Shown here piece by piece: positions 55,111 through 64,000 of a stretch of 64,000 nt of DNA (its first letter is position 1; each line of letters starts with the position of its first letter). Under the pieces are notes generated by a model. It was given only the letters and a program-made list of their open reading frames with translations. It made no database searches and was not told the DNA's origin. The position numbers and the translations under genes are program-made. Source of the stretch: Octopus vulgaris (lineage: Eukaryota); contig OX597829.1 of assembly GCA_951406725.2 (NCBI GenBank), positions 15,190,001-15,254,000 of the forward strand, given 5' to 3'.

Positions 55111-55964
55111 TGTAATAGAAAATCGAAAACTAATGCAAGTATCCGTGATGCACAGAGCAACACTAACTTCGGCAGTGAAACAGACAATTGTAGAAGCGAG
55201 CTGTACATTCAAGGAATTACATCTGTAGCAATTAGGTAATGTATCTGTCATCTCTATTGATATGACTGAAATGAGTAATAGATATAATCACTACGTAAGC
55301 ATTTCTAAAAATTTCCTTTAAGGATAGATCTCATGACCTTTCCAGATATTAGAGTGTGTGAATGTGTGTGCTGTTAGTCATAGCAGATATAACATGTGCC
55401 TATGATTCGTATATGATTCGACTGAAATTATACATAATTACTTCCGTAATTTATAGATTACCTCTAAGTATGGTCATAGGTGTGTTTCAAGTATAAACAA
55501 TAAGAGGACTTGTGAAGGTTGTTCAGAGTAGAACTCAATATGATATGGTATATCAAAGAATATACAAGATACATGTAAGCACGTTCCAGAAATTACGAAT
55601 ACTGTTAACCATTGAAATAAATATATTATGGAAGATGAGTTATGTATTTATAATTCCTTTTGTAATTAACAGAACTTGATTAGGTCTATAGAACCATTTC
55701 TAAAAACTGATTGATATATTATTATAACAATATAGGGATCTCCGTGAAATGGCAACGGCAGGCATCTACATGACAATAAAGCCAATAACACTAATGGTCT
55801 TGGATTTAGGCACAAGACAATGTTTTGAGAGAAGGAGGTAAATCAATCCGAATTCTTTACTGGTACTTTATTTTATCGACTCCGGAGAGACGAAAAGACA
55901 AGTTTGCTTGGACGGGATTTGAATTTAAGACATGATAAGGAGAAAGGGATTCCGCTAAACCTTT

Positions 55965-57173
55965 TGGCAGAAATGACAGAAAAATTTAAGGTGGAGTACT
56001 TGCGTAGGCTGAAACTTAAGTCGAAATTAAACGGACGGAATAAGATTGAAACTATCAACTCCTAGGCGGTTTCACTCCTTAGATATGGAGCTGGAGTAAT
56101 CACATGGACAGTAGACGAACTAAACAGCTTAGACAGAAAGACAAGGAAGTTGCTAACTAGATATGGGATGCTCCACCCAAAAGGTGACACAGACAGACTG
56201 TATGTACCAAGAAAAAAAAAGGGATGAGGACTGATTGGATGTGAACACAACATTAGAGTAGAAGAAAATAACATAGCATGGAATGTAAAATATGTCACGA
56301 AACCGCTATTATTAGAAGTAAGAAGATCAGACTTCTGTAGGATGGAAGATTGCAAAGATAAAACACTGTATAAAGCACTTGAGAATCAATGAAACTGAAA
56401 ATAGGTGAATAAAGAAAATAATGCATGGAGAATTTCATAGGGATATTGAAGACAAGTCAGACAGAGAAAACAAGCTAGCCATGGATGACTAAAAGTGATT
56501 TAAAACCGGAAACTAAAAACGAATTACATCAAATACAGAATCGACAACAAATCAGGAGGTGATAAGTACAGAATTTGTGGACAAAATTGTGAAACCCTAT
56601 GATATTTTACTTGTCAATGAACGCCACTAGCCCACAAAGAATATAAGAAACGTCATGACTACATAGCAAGGATTGTCCACTGGACACTTTGCAACAAGTA
56701 TGGACTTGACAGAGCAAAAATGTCCTATGAACATAAACCCAAAGGCATCATCGAAAATGATTCCATGATTCAGTGCGACTATGAGGTAGAGAATAGAAAA
56801 CCAAACATAGTCTTAATTGAGAAAGAGAGCAAACGATGCTGATCATAGATATAGCACGTCCAGCTGACAACAAGGTATGCGATACGGAAGAAAAAAAAGT
56901 CGATAAATATAACAGGTTAGCTTGGGAGGTTAAGCAGTTGTAGTCACTGAAAAAGGTGATAGTAATACCAATAATTGTTAGAGCCCTGGGGACAGGGAAT
57001 AATAATTTTGAGAAATGCATGGAACAAATAGGAGCTGCAATAAGGGTGGAGCACTTGCGGAAAACAGCATTGCTTGGAACCGCTCGAATACTCCGGATGG
57101 TGTTCGAAAAATGAGGGCTATTACATTAGTTCACCATATTACATCTCCATCGTTAGAAGCTGTGCAATGGCAA
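55965..57173 (+). mobile_element. R4/Dong-like LINE 3' portion ending in (AAT)n(AGT)n
   Basis: LRYGAGVITWT.DEL.SLDRKTRKLL; HPKGDTDRLYVPRK; EYKKRHD.IARIVHW; RKPNIV; IIVRALG; KTALLGTARILR. Confidence 0.85.
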
Positions 57174-57193
57174 AATAATAATAATAATAATAA

Positions 57194-57271
<78 letters not shown>

Positions 57272-57299
57272 AAGTAGTAGTAGTAGTAGCGAAAGTGCT

Positions 57300-57475
57300 A
57301 CTTTGGAAACTGTGCGAAAGTGATGGTTAGAGAGAAGCAAGACGTGGCATGAGTACAGACCGGACCTAGTGGTGGTGGACGAGGTGCATCACATATGCTA
57401 TATAGTTGATGTTGCGTGCCTCTTTGACCCACGAATAGTCAAGAAGGAATACGAAAATATATATATATATAATAT

Positions 57476-57542
<67 letters not shown>

Positions 57543-57840
57543 CAATCCTCTTAAGTACGAAATAGACCGGCTGTGGAAAATGAGGGTCAAGATAGTGCCA
57601 ATTATTGTTGGCTCCTTGGGAATAATATCAGAAGGCATTGAGAGGAATATAAAGGAAATTGGAACAGAGTGCCCAGAAGAACTGTTACAAAAGATTTGTC
57701 TCCTTGGCATGACCAGAATAATTAGGAAAGTATTAAATATTTGAAAAAACGAATAGCATGGTACTGTAGGCTGCAGGTAGTAATCCCATTACGCATGCAA
57801 GACTCCAGAAGCTCCACAAAACCTGTGATAAAGAGATGAC
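57300..57840 (+). mobile_element. second R4/Dong-like endonuclease 3' fragment, interrupted by (TA)/(GATA), ending in (GAA)n
   Basis: RPDLVVVDE...YIVDVACLFDPRIVKKE; LKYEIDRLWKM.VKIVPIIVGSLG; LQKICLLG.TRIIRKVL. Confidence 0.8.
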
Positions 57841-58124
57841 AAGAAGAAGAAGAAGAAGAAGAAGAAGAAGAAGAAGAAGAAGAAGAAAAAGAAGAAAATG
57901 ATGAAGAAGAAGAAGAAGAAGAAGAAGAAGGAAGAAGAAGAAGAAGAAGAAGAAGAAGAAGAAGAAGAAGAAGAAGAAGAAGAAGAAGAAGAAGAAGAAG
58001 AAGAAGAAAAGAAGAAGGAGAAGAAGAAGAAGAAGAAGAAGAAGAAGGAGGAGGAGAAGAAGAAGAAGAAGAAGAAGAAGAAGAAGAAGAAGAAGAAGAA
58101 GAAGAAGAAGAAGAAGAAGAAGAA

Positions 58125-58156
<32 letters not shown>

Positions 58157-58160
58157 AGAT
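57841..58160. repeat. (GAA)n microsatellite
   Basis: Directly visible. Confidence 0.95.
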
Positions 58161-60605
58161 TTTTTAAAGGGCTTCAATGTTAGAGTCGCAAACATAGATT
58201 GTTACTATATTTCATCGGACCCGGAAGGATGAATAGCTAAGACGACTTTACAGGATTTGAACTCAGGACGGAAGAAATGCTGTTAAGCATATTTCCGAGT
58301 CACTATCGAGAGATGGGTGAGTTCTAAGAATCAGCATCACAGATAAGGTATGGAGATTTACATAGAATGGAATTATTTTAAAATATGTTCATGATGTACA
58401 TTATTAACAAGATGATGATGATACAGTCATCCTGATACAGTAGCAATTCTAGAGCGAGCAAAGGACCCCTGAGTCCTTGCTCATTAGGAGCGCCATGGCA
58501 ACGGTTTTTCTCTCGTCCATAATTTTCAGCCTACATGCACATGCGCAGATTAGATTCATTTATTTGTGCGATTCTCTCTACATCCATCCACCATTTTTTT
58601 TTTCTTTTTGCAACTTATAAGGGTGTACCTTCTCTCTCAACCTCACTTTTCTTTCCAAGTGGGTCTTGAAAAAGTTGATTAGGGTTAGGGCTTGAGCGAA
58701 CAGGGTAGTGTTTCTTTCCAGTTCTTTCAGCCGTATACACTACCACAACTTCTTTCACCACCAGACGGGGGAAAATTACTTACCCTTCTGGTCAAAAGAA
58801 GGTAGTGAAGTGCCTTCGCGATGTAGTCGGCTGATAACAATTGTTCAACATAATCCCACAAGCCAGCAGTGTTCAAGCACTGTACGAGCGCATGCAGAAC
58901 AGTATCAACACTGTGGGCATCTCGTGCAGGTGAGACATGCGGCGCTGTAAAATCTGTAGAATATATTCCCAAGCATCAATACCACAGCAGCGCTGTCAGG
59001 CCAGTGATTTCTAGCAATTATTGAAATTGCTCTCGAGCAGAATAGCTAATTGATTTCAACGCTTTTACTCTGCACTAGTCTTTTATACATGACCATGTAG
59101 GAACGTCCTCCGACCTCATTGCCGACAGATAAAAGGGATACGTATGCCTGATAGCATTCCAGGTGCCAGGCGCCCTACTTTAATCTCTGCTTGACCTAGC
59201 CCAGCAGCTGTCAAATGAACGAGCTGCGGAAAATTGTCTAAGAAAGGGCAACCACACCTGCTCATTGTCGAAGAAACGCCAGCACATTCTGGAGTATCAA
59301 TAGTCACAGAATGCCCAGTTTTACGCAACGGATTTTGACAACAAATGTTGCCTTAACAAAACAAAAACAAACCAGAAGTGTTAGCCCTCCATTCTGCCCA
59401 GGGAAGTGGAAATAGATGACGGATGCAATGTAGATATTTGTCTCTTCCGCCTGGCGCTTCAGAGATAAAATTCCTCTCAGCTAACCACTCTTCTCGTCAA
59501 CATTTTGGCGCTTCAGAGATAAAATTCCTCTCGGCTTACCACTCTCCTTGTCAACTCTTTCCAGATCTTGTCCCTTGGAGTTTTTCACCAAACAAAACCG
59601 CACGGAGTTGTTAGCAAAACCCTTCTCTAGATGCCGAACTACATTCTCAACGACGTTTGGTTTGAATTTTTGTTCCTTTTACTGACTATCATTCACCTCG
59701 GCGTGTTTGGCATCCGACAATATTACGGTTACATAGTCCAAATATGCTAACAAGTATCTTCGTCATCCTAGAGTTCGCAATGCCCCTTGAATATGCAGAG
59801 TTAAGGATCAATACATACAGATTGGCCGGAAAGGAGCATGCTTGTGTACTGAACACATCATACGGAACAATTCTGAGAAGTGGCCATTTACTCTGACCAA
59901 TGCGGAAATTTTGCTATACTTAGCTAACATATTTCTCAAAATCTTCAACTCTGCATTTAGTAGAGTTATGGATTTGAAGTTTTAAAACCATCCATCCCCG
60001 CCCCGCTTTCGTATACTTTCTCAGCAGCATCACCAAATCTCTTTTCGCAGGTCTCCGAGTTCTGTTATGCCAGTTGCAGGAGACATTTACCAAGATGTCC
60101 CAGAGTAGGTCTGATGTATGGACATAAAGTTCATAGGGCAGACCATCCAACGCCGGCTACTTTCTCATTGGACAGCCTGTCTTCGATTTTCATATTTCCG
60201 CATGTGTTATCAGATTTTTGCAGCATTGAGCCTACTCTGTCGAGAGCAGCCGTAGGCTCTTTCTTTCTCTAAGTCTACTACCCGCCTTAAACATACGGTC
60301 GACGTGACACTGAAAAGCTGCTCACATATGATTTTAATTTAGTAGTACACAACCATCCCAATCTGTCAAAGACCGAACTGCCTTTGTTACCCCTTTGTGC
60401 TTCTGCAACCCGGGGCCATCGCTGGGATTTGTTCCCTCATGCCTTATTGCATGCGCCCAAGCTCGGACAATGAAACCTTCGTACATAGCGTTGAAAAGTC
60501 CGTTACCTTTTCTAAGCGCTCCTTCTAGATAACTAACTACCTCTGCTAGTCTAGAAATCTGTATTATCATTTCTTTATTGAGTCTGATTGATTCTTATTT
60601 AATAT

Positions 60606-60836
60606 CTTTTTCTTTACTACCCACAAGGGGCTAAACACAGAGGGGACAAACAAGGACAGACAAAGGGATTAAATCGATTACATCGACCCCAGTGCGTAAC
60701 TGGTACTTAATTTATCAGCCCTGAGAAGATGAAAGGTAAAGTCGACCTCGGCGGAATTTGAACTCAGAACGTAGCGGCAGGCGAAATACCGCTAAGCATT
60801 TCGCCCGGCGCGCTAACGTTTCTGCCAGCTCGCTGC
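60606..60836 (-). mobile_element. full-length SINE (family A) with 12-bp TSD
   Basis: CTTATTTAATAT at 60594-60605 and 60837-60848. Confidence 0.9.
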
Positions 60837-61347
60837 CTTATTTAATATTTTTCAGGGCTAAGTACTAGCGTTTGCTGAAGATTTCTCTGGTCAGTTTCCC
60901 CTCTTTCTCGGTCTCGCTCTGTTTCTCTCTCTCCCTCTCTCTCCCTCTCTCTCTCTCTCTCTTTCTCTTTCTCTCTTACAATGTTTTGTAATCTGGTGTC
61001 TGTAAACTTGGTGCGCGGTTTATCGTAGAGATAAAATTTGTGGTCTGTGTAGCCGACAAATGTGAACTGTACAACTTTTGCTTAAGCTATTTACTGCTCT
61101 ACAGAGCACTCTACCTAGACATTATCTGAATAACTTGGTTCTGTTTGCTTGTGTGCAATTCGGTAAATCTAGTTTATATCTGTCATCTTGTTGGAAACGA
61201 CTGAAAAGAATTACGTGGCCAACGTGAATTCCAGATGACGTTCTCACAGCAGTTGTAGAAAAGAACGGGATGTTCCTAATAAAATCTTCAAACACCTGAA
61301 AACATTCAGGCATCCCTTCCCCCATCGCATTATACATGGCGACTGTT

Positions 61348-61571
61348 GCTGGCAGAAACGTTAGCACGCCGGGCGAAATGCGTAGCCGTATTTTGTATGT
61401 CTTTACGTTGTGAGTTCAAATTCTGCCGAGGTCGACTTTGCCTTTCATCCTTTCGAGGTCGATAAATTAAGTACCAGTTACGCACTGGGGGCGATGTAAT
61501 CGACTTAATCCGTTTATTTGTCCTTGTTTGTCCCCTCTATGTTTAGCCCCTTATGGGTAGTAAAGAAATAG
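61348..61571 (+). mobile_element. SINE (family A)
   Basis: Same sequence family as the copies at 17838 and 63003. Confidence 0.9.
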
Positions 61572-62414
61572 ATATTCCCTTCGTTACTATTCACGCCCAA
61601 AACCAGTGATTTACACTCCGATCCAGGAAATACAGAATATCATGGGCATGAAACCTTTCCAAAACGGTACTACACAACCCCTATCCGAGGAAGAGATACG
61701 AAAATCTCAGGATCACAAAAAAATGGGTCCCAAACCACATGTGTCAGAAATTCTGGTCTCGCTCATAGCTGTCATATCCAAGGCAAATGACATAAGATCA
61801 TTAATCAAGTGACAGATTGATACCAGGTTACTTGCATTAATGCAAACCACTCTCGAAGCTTCACATTGGCAGAAAGAGGAAAAAGAGAGAAAGAAGACAA
61901 GTTACTTACCTATTTGGTTGTCCGGAAAATGCGTGATTGGGTCTCCAGAAGTTTTAGGCTTTTTTCCGGAAGTTCTTTGGCACTTTATTGTTGAACTTTA
62001 TTGTGGTGATGCTGCTGAGAAAGAATCCGAAAGCGGGGCGGGGATGGATGATCTTAAAAATTCAAATCCATAACTCTACTATTTCAAAGTTACCCATTTC
62101 CCCCACAGGAAGACATCAGTCTTTAATTTTGTGCTTTTTATCAGCACAATTTTGGGGTGGGTGTGTCTTGATGTGGCATTTTTTGTGGCAACCTGCTGAT
62201 ACTTTGCATGTGTTTTCTTTCTGTTGAGGTAGGTGCTGATAGTCGTGCAGGAATCGTAGATATGGATGATGTGGTTGTGGTTTATGTGCCTCGTTTAGTG
62301 CAGGTGTCTACTCCTTGTTTTGAATTTGCTCGCAAGATGACCCACCTCCTTGCAAGATGATGTTTCCATATTGGAAAGACTCGATGCAGGAATGTATGTG
62401 ACATGTCTAGAAAA

Positions 62415-62612
62415 CAAGGTAATTTCTACTCTTCTCTGGAAGCCATCTGCTCGCGATACCAGAGGGCGCACACTCTCCTACCCTGATGTAATCTCCAGGG
62501 ATACAGGCATTAAGCAACAGGACCTCCGTAATGCTATGATGGACCGTGAGGTCTGGCGTAACATAGTAAATTCCATTGTCTCGACCATAGTCGAACAATG
62601 ATGATGATGTTA
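62415..62612 (+). mobile_element. RTE-type LINE 3' end with (TGA)n tail
   Basis: LLWKPS....GRTLSYPDVISRDTG....L..AMMDREVWRNIV...* followed by TGATGATGATG. Confidence 0.75.
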
Positions 62613-63002
62613 TGTGCAAGTGTTTGTCCATGTGTTTTGCTTGAAAGGTACGGGAGTGTAATGCAATGTAAATTAGATCGGATAGTTTCTTGAGTGGCGG
62701 GATTTTGTTCTGCTCTTGTGGGTGTCATCGTTGCTGTTGCTACTATTGCTGGGGTTGTTATTGTTCTTGTTGCTGCTGTTGCTGATGTCATTGTTGTTGT
62801 TGGTGGTGGTGACAGTGGTGGCGGTAGTGGTGGTAATGATGATGGATGTGGAAACGGTAGGAATTGTGGTAATGATGGTAAAGGTGATGGTGATGATGGT
62901 AATGGTAGGGGTAATAGCAGTGATGGTAATGGTGGTAATGTCGGTGCTGGTGGTGCTGGTGCTGGTGCTACTACTGGTACTACGGTATGCAGTTGCCGCT
63001 AA

Positions 63003-63232
63003 GGCGACGAGCTGGCAGAAACGTTAGCACGCCGGGCGAAATGCTTAGCGGTATTTCGTCTGCCGTTACGTTCTGAGTTCAAATTCCGCCGAGGTCGACT
63101 TTGCCATTCATCCTTTCTGGGTCGATAAATCAAGTAACAGTTACGCACTGAGTCGATATAATCGACTTCATACCTATGTCTGTCCTTGTTTGTCCCCTCT
63201 ATGTTTAGCCCCTTGTGGGTAATAAAGAAATA
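63003..63232 (+). mobile_element. full-length SINE (family A) with TSD
   Basis: GGTATGCAGTTGCcGcTAAGGC (62984-63005) versus GGTATGCAGTTGCtGtTAAGGC (63233-63254). Confidence 0.9.
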
Positions 63233-63679
63233 GGTATGCAGTTGCTGTTAAGGCCATGATGTCGGCAGTAGTTGGGACCTCGTCTCTTTTGCGCTCTATA
63301 TTATAGACAGAAATCTCTGAAGTGGCCGTTTGTACTATGAATTATAACACGCAGTTCCGCATCACTGAGCAGGCGGATGAAGTCTGGGATCTCTTCCCCT
63401 CCTCTGGTTTGATCTGGTTGACGATCTTCACTGTGGTCCCACTTAAAACCCCTTCTAAGTGTCGTTTCACAACGAAGAATGTGTCTGTACCTTCTAAAAT
63501 GACAACTACCAGATATCCAATACAGATAGAACTCTATCTTGACGTGACAGGTCTTTCTCTCTAAATAAGTCAGGTCTCCTTGTCTAGTATAAGCGCTAAG
63601 GAGAGCTTCAATGCGAGTGCTTCGCTCCTAAAGGGACCTGCATTCTCCCAAACTGCCTTGCCGTAGTGATATGGTTCCA

Positions 63680-64000
63680 CGGCGAGCTGGCAGAATCGTT
63701 AGCACGCCGGGCGAAATGTGTAGCCGTATTTCGTCTGCCGTTACGTTCTGAGTTCAAATTCCGCCGAGGTCGACTTTGCTTTTCATCTTTTCGGGGTCGA
63801 TTAAATAAGTACCAGTTACGCACTGGTACTTAATTTATCGACCCCGAAAGGATGGAAGGCATAGTCGACATCGGCGGAATTTGAACCCAGATCGTAGACA
63901 GACAAAATACCTATTTCTTTACTACCCACAAGGGGCTAAACACAGAGAGGACAAACAAGGATAGACAAACGGATTAAGTCGATTCTATCGACCACAGTGC
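63680..64000. mobile_element. rearranged fold-back SINE A cluster
   Basis: Forward 5' half (63680-63823), then its reverse complement (to ~63910), then a reverse-complement 3' end running to the window edge. Confidence 0.85.

Larger units (their letters stand above)
58560..63600 (-). mobile_element. older, heavily degraded Tx1-like LINE with nested SINEs and an RTE fragment
   Basis: HALVQC....LWDYVEQLLS (matches ~12480-12540); DGLPYELY; GFIVRA; an ORF1-like EIPDFIRLLSDAELRVII at ~63340-63400. Continuity across the nested inserts is inferred. Confidence 0.65.

Overview
AT-rich, microsatellite-dense eukaryotic DNA, most likely an octopus (cephalopod) genome, judged from my recollection of its two tRNA-derived SINE families. 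I found no confidently identifiable host gene, only weak candidate exons. The window is mostly nested retroelements. These include a near full-length L1/Tx1-like LINE flanked by (GATA)n plus further copies, several R4/Dong-like LINE remnants beside trinucleotide tracts, CR1/L2 and RTE fragments, and about 12 SINE copies. There are also several Penelope-like elements (PLEs). The most notable items are: (i) a still-open GIY-YIG ORF of a probable Naiad/Chlamys-type PLE, followed by a ~2.5 kb 3' region containing a minimal hammerhead ribozyme with an unusually long stem II; (ii) evidence that the Tx1-like family targets (GATA)n, including a 17-bp target-site duplication; (iii) a near-perfect inverted repeat with 331-bp arms around a (TA)n spacer; and (iv) several fold-back structures carrying degenerate hammerhead cores. 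All family assignments come from motif recognition by eye, not database searches, and most boundaries are approximate.
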